Shown: positions 11,532-22,061 of the stretch, piece after piece
Position numbering within the stretch: position 1 is the first letter of the stretch
How the letters are laid out: every line of letters begins with the position of its first letter
From: Convolutriloba macropyga
Taxonomy: Eukaryota
Length of the DNA stretch: 64,000 bases
Direction of reading: 5' to 3'
Assembly (NCBI RefSeq): GCF_964194025.1
Contig: NC_134469.1
Location: forward strand, 23,622,001-23,686,000
The notes under the pieces: generated by a model
The model's input: the letters and a program-made list of their open reading frames with translations, nothing else
What the model was told of the DNA's origin: nothing
The model's database searches: none
Program-made: the position numbers and the translations under genes

Positions 11532-12740
11532 TTGAGGCTTAGTCTACGCGTCTCCAACCTCGACCAAAGTCTAGCAACGAGCCACAACCAAAACCAGAGA
11601 AAACGCAAAGCAACTGATGGACCCCGAACCAGCTCCAAGATTAGAAAGAGGCAACCTGAGCAACATATTAAAGTAGTCTACTTCACATTTGAACATGAAA
11701 CACCGAGCCACAAAGAATTCAACCAGCAGCTGAAGAACTTAACTGGCAACCCGAACTACGGAGAAGTGAGGCGAAGTCAGAACGGAAAAGGCTACTCGAT
11801 GAAACCAAGAACTATCGAGATAGCAAAGATGATTACTGCAAATAAAGTCAAGGAAGCATTCGCAAACTACCAAGTCAAACTAAGCACTGCTGCCTCCAAC
11901 CCGGTGAAACCGAGCTTCGTCATAACAAGTGTAGACCAAGACATCGATCCTGAGGACGTTAAAAGTGAGCTGCAAAGTCAGAACATAGAGGCAACATCAG
12001 TACATAGAATAACAAGTCGTGCAACCAACCAACCTACGAGGCTCATAAGAGTGTTTACAAACACAGAGACAACTGCCAGGAATGCTGTTGACAACGGTGT
12101 CAAAATTTTCAATCAGAGAAAGAGATGTGAACGATCGAGACTAGAGCCCTCGGTAGTACAATGCTTCAAATGCCTCCAATATGACCACAAGGCGAAGGAC
12201 TGCCCGAACAATCTCAAATGTAGACGATGTGGCGGAGAGCATGTTATAAGAGAATGTGATGTTGCTCCAGAAAGTGCCAAATGCTCTAACTTCGGAGAGA
12301 GTCACTCTGCAAATTATCGAGGCTGCTCAAAGTACCAAGAAGCACGAGCTAGCAGCTATGCTGATGCAGTGAAGAGCAAGGTCCACACTAGTCCACAAAG
12401 CTCTCTGAACAAGATTGAAGAAGTCCTCAGCAACATCGACAAGAGGCTCGAGAAAATAGAGAGCAACCTCACTGAAAGGGTCCAAATACTTGAGAACAAA
12501 GTGGCTGAACTAAACAATAAGATCAATCTGGCGGAGCAAAGAGAACAAAACAGCATGACAATTATTGCAGCCATGAAACAATGCTTCTTCGATTCCCCAA
12601 AGCAAAAGATAAACATCCTCCAGGCTCTAAACGTTGTCTCTGGTCATAACTACAGTCAAGTTAAATACGATGCAAAGATTAGAGAATTCAAGCATCAATT
12701 CGCAAGCCAACGAACATCAATTCATCATGGCAAACCTTAA
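11532..12740 (+). CDS. LINE ORF1 nucleic-acid-binding protein (PRE_C2HC-like region, three zinc knuckles, C-terminal coiled coil); true start uncertain
   Basis: QCFKCLQYDHKAKDC, CRRCGGEHVIREC, CSNFGESHSANYRGC (one Cys lost), SYADAVK. Confidence 0.88.
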   Translation: MRLSLRVSNLDQSLATSHNQNQRKRKATDGPRTSSKIRKRQPEQHIKVVYFTFEHETPSHKEFNQQLKNLTGNPNYGEVRRSQNGKGYSMKPRTIEIAKMITANKVKEAFANYQVKLSTAASNPVKPSFVITSVDQDIDPEDVKSELQSQNIEATSVHRITSRATNQPTRLIRVFTNTETTARNAVDNGVKIFNQRKRCERSRLEPSVVQCFKCLQYDHKAKDCPNNLKCRRCGGEHVIRECDVAPESAKCSNFGESHSANYRGCSKYQEARASSYADAVKSKVHTSPQSSLNKIEEVLSNIDKRLEKIESNLTERVQILENKVAELNNKINLAEQREQNSMTIIAAMKQCFFDSPKQKINILQALNVVSGHNYSQVKYDAKIREFKHQFASQRTSIHHGKP

Positions 12741-15379
12741 AGTAGCTCAACTGAACGTCAGAGGCTTGAGACCAAAGCTCAGAGTTATTGAACCAATTTT
12801 ATTAGACAAGGGCATTCATGTAGCCTGTTTTAACGAGACAAAAACGAAGCAGCCTCCTCATCTGCGAAATTTTATCTTAGCTGCAAGCATTAACGACAAT
12901 ATACATGGCTCGGCCATATATATAAGAGAGGGACTAAACTACACACTGCTAGACAACAAATTCGTCAAAAACGTCTCTAAAACCAACGAGAAGCTGCAAA
13001 TAAGACTCAAAGAATCTGATGTTGACATTACTCTGATATACTGTTCACCCGGCAATGAGATTGAAGCAAGTCACTTGGTCAGGCACAATACTAGATGCAT
13101 AGTGGTGGGTGATTAACCCTATGATCAACCCTATGTCCACAAAGAGCGATGCAACAGGTCGAGTCGTTGAGGAACTTCTGGATGAAGAAAACATACTTCT
13201 GAATAACGACCTCAAAACGCATGAGAAGGGATCCGTTTTAGACCTGCACCTGTGCTCTAAGCCTTTGGCAAAACACATTGTGAAGTTCGAAATATTTGAA
13301 GAGACTATGAGCGACCACTATATGACCATCAGCGAATTTAACCTGCGAGCTCCAAAATCTAGATCACTGCGGCCAAATTGGAAATGCTTCAGAGAGAAGG
13401 TGAGTTGCTACAGAAGCCAGTATGCAGATTTGAACAGCAGAGCAGAAAGCATAGCAACCCACATTAAGACGTGTTACGAGAGCAGCCTCAAAGAAGCTAA
13501 ACCAATACAAAACAAAGAAATAGTCGCGCTCACCAGAAAGAAACACCAGCTGCAGAGAAAAGTCAGAAAGCTGAGAAGACTGGGCATGAGAGGTTACTCA
13601 GAGGAGAGATACCACACATCAGAGCTCAATAGAACATCGAGAAAGCTCTCACAATCACTAATACAAGAAAGGCAGAACCAAGAACTGAAGACGGTGGCCA
13701 GCATGAACTCAAATGGGAAGGGCATCGATTTCTGGAAGGCTTACAAGAAACTCACGCAATCTAGTAAGAGCAATGCAAACCAGCTTAAAATTAGCACGCA
13801 GGAGGCAGCAGATAAATTTGCTGAGAAACTGAAACAGAATATCAGAATGCATGAGGCTGTAACTCAGGAAGCTGAAGAGATTGAAGATCTAGTTGAAACA
13901 TGCGTGAACGAGAATGAAATAGCACAGTTTCGCCTGCCCCCTAACCACCGCGAAACTACAGTCGAGGTTGAACAACTGAGAAACATCATCAAAGGGAGGA
14001 AAAACACAGCTCCAGGACCTGACGGAATATCGTATAAAATATTGAAACAGCTACCAGACGCAATAATGAAAGAACTCAGTGACATAATACAAAGCTCTCT
14101 AAAAGATGGAATTGTGCCTGACTGCTGGAAAAGATCCAATGTCTCTATGCTGCCCAAGCCAAATAAAGACCACTCTGATCTCAAGAATTACAGACCTCTC
14201 TCCCTCACAAGTTGCATCGGTAAATTGTGCGAAGTTGTTATCAAGGAGCACTTAAACAAGCACTGTGAAAGTAACGATATCTTCACCAACGCGCAAGGCG
14301 CATACAGAGCAGGTCGCTCAACAACTGACAATTTACTCTGTTTAAGCGAACATATTTTCAATGAAGCCTTCTGGAAGCAGCCAACCGCAGCAGCTTTTCT
14401 CGATGTTCAGCAGGCATTCGATGCGGTGTGGCATAAAGGACTAATCTATAAAATGCAGCTAAACAAAGTGCCAGAGTGGATCATAAAATGGACCGTAAGC
14501 TATCTCAAAGACCGAGAGCTGACTGTAATATACCAACAGGCTGTGGCCAACAGCTTAAAACCAAGAGCAGGAGTACCACAGGGCAGCGTAATCAGCCCTA
14601 CACTGTTCAACATCTATGTCAGCAGTCCAGAAGTCTTGAATGCAAAAGTCTCCCAATATGCAGATGATATTGCAATATACACGAGTGGCAGAAACTGTAG
14701 AGCAGCTACTTTCAAACTACAGAAGGCTCTCAACTCACTGGACATGTGGTGCAACCTTTGGAAAATCAAAATTAATCCCGAGAAAACAAACTTCATGTTA
14801 TTGACCAGAAATAGAGACAAAAGCCACCACCATCTCAAACTGCAAGACGTAATTCTAAATCCATCGAAGTCGTCTACTTTTCTCGGAGTTGAGTTGAACG
14901 ATAATCTAACTTGGGCGGCGCAGATCAGGAAGATTGAAAACAAGATGTTTGGGAGAATAAATGGCCTCATGATGCTGAAAGCGAAAGGTGTCAACTCTAA
15001 GTGCCTCATATTACTATATAGAGCAACGATACGACCAATTATGGAGTATGCTTCGCCGGCATGGGCGAATGCTCCCAAGCACAGCATCATGAGACTTCAA
15101 ATACAACAAAACAAAGCCATAAGAGTAGCATTAGATCTACCCAGATGGACGTCGTCAGAAGAGCTACATAATGCAGCGAACCTTCCCAGAGTGAGCAAAC
15201 TTCTAGCCCAGAGAAATATACAATACCTCAAGAGAGCTTCTAGCAACAACGCAGCAATAAGAGAACTGATCCAAGATCAACTTACTAACACGACCACTGA
15301 ACTCCAATACATTACACCTGTACAGACGATACTGTTTGAAACAGCGAAAAATAGACTCGACAATGTGGGCAGTCCCTAG
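12727..15379 (+). pseudogene. LINE ORF2 (APE endonuclease + RT) with a single frameshift at the GDxN motif (~13113)
   Basis: MANLKVAQLNVRGL, NETK, VGD|N, SDH, APGPDG, YRPLSLTS, FLDVQQAFDAVWH, GVPQGSVISPTLF, QYADD. Confidence 0.92.
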
Positions 15380-16113
15380 GACTTTTTATCGCAATTTCAA
15401 TTCAATCAATCTTTTCTTTTAATCGACTTTCTATCTCTTTCTGATGGCCTGTGTGTTTTATGGAGCAACGGACATATGGAACATATACACAACTAACTCA
15501 TCATCTTCTTCTCTTCTTCACTTTTTGGTGGCCTAACCTCAATTCTGACTCTGACTCTTTCTCTTTGCAACACGAGCAACGCTAGACGTCTAGTTGGGTT
15601 CCATGACAGAGCACGATCTGAGAAAGAACACACGAAGACAAGAGACGGGTTTGAAAGGCTCAATCTCAGCGAGCCAAAGAAACTCAAGTCCCCCCTTGGG
15701 AGACTTACAGCCTCGGTACAATGCTCTTTTTGTTTGACCTCGAATGATGTTAGCACCGTTCTGTTATTGTTGACCTTTATTGAATTCAATTTATTCTTCA
15801 CGTAGTTAAAGTCGACAAGAAAATTTTTTCAAACATTTACTTAACGGATCGAACGGATTCGAGAGTAGAGGGGGCTAGATATTGTTGAAGGCATTCTGCA
15901 TCATAAAATTCGTGATATCCATGATGTTACGTGGTCAATTCAAAGCTCACTCTCGTAAAGCATCTCTACTTAAATCTCAATTATTTCCGCCTTAATTGCT
16001 CAAATTTAGTCCTTTTTTCGATGCCATACTTCGTTCTATTGTCATGTTGGGCTCTGAAACATGCACTATTTACTTTCAAAAGAACTTTAAAACAATAAGC
16101 AACATGCGGTGTG

Positions 16114-16244
16114 GGGTCTTTCCCATTATAGCCCTCCCATGAAAATATAGCCCCCCCAATATGGTATATTTACCATGATTGGGGGGGGGGGGGGGCTATA
16201 GGTTATCTGACCACTAAGCTGGGGGGCTATAATGGGAAAGACCC
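16114..16244. mobile_element. 131-bp MITE with GG...CC termini (Merlin/hAT-like)
   Basis: TIR GGGTCTTTCCCATTATAGCCC / GGGCTATAATGGGAAAGACCC; internal palindrome; imperfect 8-bp TSD GCGGTGTG / GCGGTTTA. Confidence 0.7.
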
Positions 16245-16418
16245 GCGGTTTATACATAAATTCTTTAAGATTAACCGTTTGTTTTCTGATAAGAAATTGT
16301 ATTATTAGATTAAGTGTAAGTTTACACACAGAGTAAAATGATTGTTGAAGTAATTCTGTTGCTAAAATAGGTGTCAATGATCGTTAGAGGATGTACTTAA
16401 ACAATATCAAGCAATGCG

Positions 16419-17320
16419 CAATTAGATATGGGCCCAGTTAATAAAACACCTGATAATCCCCTTCGAAATTGTGAATAATGGCCTAAAAAGGTTAAATGTA
16501 AACCAGGAGCTTATACCAAATAACAAAAATTGTGGATCTTTTCCGTTTGCCCCCAAACCCCTCCGTTTGCCCCCAACCCCCCCCCCCCCCCCAGACGCAC
16601 GTGTCAAACTTTAACATAATGAATTAATGTGTTTAGTCATTCCAATAAAGTTGCAACGCTATCGAAAGCGTCAAAGTTCAAATTTTATACATTCAGTGAT
16701 CAGCTTTCGAAACTTCGCTAGTGTTGTAATATCCGTGCACTGTCTACGGTTACGGTTTGGGTTGGATGTTATTCTTAAGCACTTTAAACCTCGGAGTTAC
16801 TGAGGAAAATTCAGACTTGTTTCAGACTTGAATTTAATAGAGCAGTTGTAAATGTAATCAGTTTAATACAATTAGATATGGGCCCAGTTAATAAAACACC
16901 TGATAATCCCCTTCGAAATTGTGAATAATGGCCTAAAAAGGTTAAATGTAAACCAGGAGCTTATACCAAATAACAAAAATTGTGGATCTTTTCCGTTTGC
17001 CCCCAAACCCCTCCGTTTGCCCCCAACCCCCCCCCCCCCCCCAGACGCACGTGTCAAACTTTAACATAATGAATTAATGTGTTTAGTCATTCCAATAAAG
17101 TTGCAACGCTATCGAAAGCGTCAAAGTTCAAATTTTATACATTCAGTGATCAGCTTTCGAAACTTCGCTAGTGTTGTAATATCCGTGCACTGTCTACGGT
17201 TACGGTTTGGGTTGGATGTTATTCTTAAGCACTTTAAACCTCGGAGTTACTGAGGAAAATTCAGACTTGTTTCAGACTTGAATTTAATAGAGCAGTTGTA
17301 AATGTACAATCAGTTTAATA
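16419..17320. repeat. Tandem duplication of ~450 bp spanning the host/LTR junction
   Basis: 16419-16868 vs 16869-17320 identical apart from a 2-nt indel; CAA microhomology at the junction. Confidence 0.95.
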
Positions 17321-17791
17321 CAAAGTTAGAACTATTGCTTATAAATATTAGAAGTTTTCTGAAGATGAGAAATGTAAAGCAATTAAAGAGAGGCAGCTCG
17401 ATTGTGTAAGGTTTAGTTTTGAATATGTTCTTTGGTTTCAGTTCTATCAATGGTTAATTAATCTTAGGTTATTTTTACCCGTTTTCGTTAATCTCTATGG
17501 GATTTTCTCATAGTTATTTTCTACCGCACTTGTCCCTGTTAGTTAAACTAACAGATAACAGGATTACCTGCTTGTTGAATCCCGTCATGAACAAACATTC
17601 CTTGACGTGTCCCGTCAAGATGAAATTCCATGATGATTCCTATCATTATTTATGATGCTTTCTCTATATTGTTAAAATACGGTTTACTATTAGTAACCAT
17701 CTCTTTTTGTTCTCCTATTTGTTTGTGAAAATTTCGAATTATGCGTTTAATATGTAATTTATGAGCATGTCAAACATTATGGTTCACTATA
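17175..17791 (-). repeat. 3' LTR (~617 bp)
   Basis: 17175-17494 matches 26233-26549; plus-strand TGTAAT start; other end inferred from the adjacent PPT (TATAGT, probably mutated TGTAGT). Confidence 0.82.
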
Positions 17792-17804
17792 CTGCCTCCC
17801 TCTT
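17792..17804 (-). other. Polypurine tract
   Basis: Minus strand AAGAGGGAGGCAG abutting the 3' LTR. Confidence 0.75.
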
Positions 17805-17844
17805 AGAAAATGTGAGTGTTCCTCTCACTCACACAGCAAGAGTT

Positions 17845-18687
17845 TCAAATGTCCATTTTCGAGTTCATATATTCTTGTGCTTTTTCAATCCCGTACTTGT
17901 CAAAAATATTACGGGCCTCCTCGTCTTCCATAATTTTCTTTGCCTGAAGAATGATTTTGAACATGTCCTCACGACCACCCTTGTCCGGATGACAGAGCAT
18001 TGCCAACGTTTTGTAATGTTTCTGGATAGTACTGGTTGTGGCCCCCTGTGGCAGGAATAGAAGTTCATAATAGTTTGGAGGTCGACTGAACGGGCTCTGC
18101 GCGTTGATCGCCTCCAGCCTCCTCTGTATGACCTTCTTTGAGGTCTGCTCTGTATTTACTCTACCCATTAGCTTTCTATTGTCTATCTCGGCATTCTCCA
18201 ACTCCCGAGCTAAGCACTCCCGCTCGTCCACCAGAGCGAAACATTCCCTTGTTTTTGTTTCGGCTACATTTGTAACCTCCTCCAACTCTTTCTTCAATGT
18301 TTCCGACTGCCTCATGCAGGACTCCCGCTGATTCCCAGCGTATTCAATTTGCCGTTTGGTCTCCAGCAATTGATCACCTAATCTTTGACTTTCAACTTTT
18401 AACTGCCGGAGCTGCTCTTCAAGCCGAGCCCCGGCTGTTCCCAGCATTTCGCTGTTGTCAATCTTCTTTTGTTGTTCCTCGATTCTGTGTTGCATCTCAA
18501 TTAACTCCCCAACGCAAATTGCGGCTCTATCCACTATATTGGGATGTTGCAGCTGCGTCAGTGGCACCACGTACCTTTTGTTTGAGGTTACTCCAACAAT
18601 CCGATACACTTGGTGCCTGACTATCGACCTGACCTCGAACAACTCGGGTAGATAGTAGCAATAGTCACCGACCTTTAGTTCTGCCAT
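17845..18687 (-). CDS. Element-encoded J-domain (DnaJ/Hsp40-type) protein: small N-terminal beta domain, coiled coil, C-terminal J-domain; 280 aa, intact
   Basis: NYYELLFLPQGATTSTIQKHYKTLAMLCHPDKGGREDMFKIILQAKKIMEDEEARNIFDKYG covers J-domain helices I-IV with HPD; E/Q/K/R-rich heptads over residues ~60-195. Confidence 0.92.
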   Translation of the reverse strand: MAELKVGDYCYYLPELFEVRSIVRHQVYRIVGVTSNKRYVVPLTQLQHPNIVDRAAICVGELIEMQHRIEEQQKKIDNSEMLGTAGARLEEQLRQLKVESQRLGDQLLETKRQIEYAGNQRESCMRQSETLKKELEEVTNVAETKTRECFALVDERECLARELENAEIDNRKLMGRVNTEQTSKKVIQRRLEAINAQSPFSRPPNYYELLFLPQGATTSTIQKHYKTLAMLCHPDKGGREDMFKIILQAKKIMEDEEARNIFDKYGIEKAQEYMNSKMDI

Positions 18688-18760
18688 TCCTACATATCAT
18701 ACACGTAAATTAGTCTAATGTATCAATCTCAATTTCTGCTATATCTGGTACAGATTTTGC

Positions 18761-20151
18761 CTATTTTGCTTTTATTACTAAGATGTTTGTTTCACCATCA
18801 CACCGTTCAACTGTCCTTTTTCTTGTTAATTTTAGTTCTTTTCTTCGTTGTTTTAGATGATGAAAATAACCTAGTTCCCCCATTGGGTTAATGGGTTGCA
18901 GTGCAATTACAGGATTGGTGCCACTGCGTAGCATATCGATTGAAAGAAACACGCGTACCAAACAAAATATGATTTTAGATCCAATAAAAATAGGATTTTT
19001 ATTGGATCTAAAATATGTTATGTTATCCATGACCCATATGTTATCCATGACTCATTCTGCAATTCAAGAGCGTTCGGGTACATGGGGTTGCAATTAATCA
19101 GTGTGAAATTTCTATAGATTACTCTAGAAATGGGGTCCATGTATCTAATTACTTCTGAGGTATTGTCAGAAAACACCCTAACTGGTACTTCCTCCGTACA
19201 AAACTGATTTTCGACAACATGTACGATTACTTTAGCGCACCTATGGACATAAAGTATTCCTCCCGCTCTTTCTGCGTGTGTACCCAGAGCGTTTTGTTGA
19301 TTTAAAAAAATTAAATGTGAATTTCCGTTAAATGATGTCGTTAGAATCATAGCTCTGTGCAGCTTTTCTATGTGACAATTTAATAACTCTATTTGTTTCA
19401 GGTTTTCAAACATGCCTCGAAAATCCCACACAAAAAGTTGATCGAGTTTTATTTCCCTGAGATCTGTCTCAGATATATGTGTTGTTGAAAAATTTTGTTC
19501 CGTGGCCGTCAACTTTTCCGTTGTGTAAAATAAATTTCTGTGGTTTGTTTCAAAAAGCAGAAAATTGTCTATATATTTTGTCTTGTTTTTCAACTGGACA
19601 ACTAAATTTCATTTTCTGTCTAGTTTGCCCGTCAATCACTTTGTTTCCAGCGCGGACTATTTTTGCTGTTATCGAGTCTGAAAATTTAACGATCGTTAAG
19701 ATGTTTGGACTTCTTTGGGAGCATTGAATTCAAAATCACCAAGACCCGGTAACCGCGCTTTGTGTCCCTGCCATAGATTTTGACAGACTGACTCTTTTAT
19801 TGGGTAAAACGTTGGAATTATTTGTGATTTTTCGCTTAAGTAAGTTGCGTCGTCATACCAACTACTTTTTTTCAGCACAGTTACCGTATATGCAGCCCTG
19901 TACATGCAGTATTTTAGTTTACTCATGCTGCTTTTGGCGTAGATCAGTCCTCCTTTGTTTACCTGCTCCTCATTTATATGTGACGTTTCATAATTTGTCG
20001 GTTCCGTCACTGCAAATTTCTGCGTCTGTAGAATGTTCTCAAAATCATAACCCAAAATCTCCAAGGATCGTGAAAAACCTAATATGCTAACCAACTGAAG
20101 AAGTTTCCAGTTCAGCTGCACGATCCAATGTGGGTTCCACGCCCTCTGCAT
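18761..20151 (-). pseudogene. Env-like glycoprotein related to chuvirus-type class III fusogens; frameshifted and internally deleted
   Basis: Signal peptide then ILGYDF (cf. LIGYDC); AGGILYVHRCAKVIV...CTEEVPV...YMDPISRVI...INCNPMYP...W matches the chuvirus-G C-terminal pattern AGEVVHIxKCxPV...CYxELPV...FLxPxTHIL...CNxxxP; hydrophobic remnant and basic tail in 18761-19048. Confidence 0.8.
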
Positions 20152-20167
20152 TTTGTCGTATCACCTT

Positions 20168-22061
20168 TTAAAAAAATACATCATTATCAAATTTTTCATC
20201 TGCATCGTTATCCTTGAATAAAAAATAGTCTTTCACTTTCCGTGGTCTGGTTATTCCCGACGCAATTCTTGTTTGATATCGTCGTTCGGCGACATTTTGC
20301 GAAGTAGAAGCCATGCTCCTATTTGGAAATTCTTCGCCTTCACTCCTTTCGGATGTTGACACCAGACTATCCCGCTTCTGCTGTGTGGCTACTTTGGGCG
20401 CCAGTATCTTTGTGCTTCTGCTATTATTGTTGGTGTTAGTATTTATTGATTCTCTTGTACTCCCACCCATAGGTGTTTGAAACAATTAGTTTTTGACTGT
20501 CTCATTGTGAGTTTCAGTATTAGGATTAATTTGACTAATATTTCCTTCAGTTTGAACTTCTCTTATTTCTGTGTTCTTCAATTTTGGGGTCAACACTTCA
20601 ATTTCCACAAAACCATTGTCCTCCGTAAGGTCGTTTTGTGTTATTCTCGGTTCAATCTTTCCCTTCTTAGGTTTTTTTATCAGTGTTATTTTTTCTACTG
20701 TTAAAACGTTTGAGTCGATCGTAGTGGACCTTTTGTTGTTTTTTTGTTTTCACATCCTCAATAACAAAGTTCAGATCGTTTATTATTTCACGTATTGCCT
20801 GCGGTCCGCTGTAAAAGGATTTAAGTTTCCTTGTCTGGCCATTTTTTATTGTGGCGTTGAACACCATTACTAAATCACCTACTTCATATTGTGGTCCAAA
20901 TGTGCTACGGTCATAGTAGGTTTTTTGTCTTTCTTGCTCCCCATCCATGCTTTCCCGTACCAGCTCATGGCAGGTTTGTAGTTCGTCTTTCAAGCAACCA
21001 ACGTAGTCACTCAAAGTTGGGTAGATTTTGGTTTGTATTGTTTGATACATGCAATCAATCGGCAGCGCGCACGATCGTCCATAAAGGAGGTAAAAGGGGC
21101 TGTACTTCGTAACAGAGTGAATTGATGATCTGTACGCCATCATTACTAGCGGAAGGTAGTCGCTCCAGGTGTTGTGATGCTCACCCACATATTTTGCAAG
21201 ACTCTCTTCGATTGTGCGATTGGTGCGCTCTATCATTGCGTTTCCTTGAGGGTGATAAGCTGTTGTTGACGTCCTGTTAAATCCCAGCTCTTTACACATG
21301 TTCTTGAAAAGATTCGACATAAAATTACTGCCCTTGTCGCTATGAAGATTTGCCGGACAACCAATCTTTGAAATCCATACGTTTACAAAGGCCTTAGCTT
21401 CCGTTGAAGCTTCTTGGTTGCTCGTGGGAATTGCTTCATACCATTTTGTAAACTGATCTTCAATTAACAGAATAAATTTGTTTCCGCTGGACTCGGGTAA
21501 AGGTCCCATAATGTCTAAGGCAACATGCCAGAACTGATGACTTGGTTTCCACGTTGTCAGGTTGTGTATGTGTTTCCGGTGTGGAGATTTCGTTTGATAG
21601 CATTCTTCGCAAGAACTTACCCCCTCGTGGACATCTTTTTTCATCCCGGGCCAGTAGAATCGTTCTCGAACCCGATCAAATGTCTTGGCCATACCAAAGT
21701 GTCCGCAATGTTCATGAAGGAAAAGTAGAAGTGATCTCTGAATGACTATTTGTGTTAAGTTATTAAATTCGTCAATACGTTTCTGTCTCTTGATTAGATC
21801 ATTTTCAATCCGTAGGTTTCTGAAATCAGTCCAAAGTTTCAACAGTGCCCTAGAGGCTCCTGCCATGCGTTTTCCTTGAGAGCGTTTCCTGTTCTCAATC
21901 CAGTTTCTCAGTATAATGAGGTCGGCTGCATTTTTCTGATGTTCAAATAGTTGTTCAACAGATTTCCCTAGTCCAATGGACCAGATATTTTTTTCTTCCG
22001 TATTTATTTGGTTCACTTGATCGCAGTCTTTGACTTGGTCTTCAGTCTGTGGAACTCTCAA
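20168..22061 (-). pseudogene. Gypsy integrase (HHCC, DDE core, GPY/F) plus frameshifted C-terminal tail
   Basis: HEHCGHFG...CEEC, LDIMGPLP, HSDKGSNF, YHPQGNAMIERTNRT, SPFYLLYGR, FYSGPQ, VHYDRLKRF. Confidence 0.93.

Larger units (their letters stand above)
11210..15495 (+). mobile_element. Near full-length Jockey/I-group LINE (ORF1 + APE-RT ORF2); ends approximate
   Basis: Two tandem ORFs with typical LINE domains plus short UTRs. Confidence 0.9.

Noticed and set aside
15493-15801. GC-richer segment/ORF after the Jockey-like LINE
   Set aside because: No recognisable motif or confident splice sites; cannot be assigned
17845-18060. HPDKGG as an endogenous polyomavirus T antigen
   Set aside because: The J-domain is C-terminal; there is no LxCxE, origin-binding or SF3 helicase domain; the YYELL...RxxFDKYG flanks are typical of cellular J-proteins
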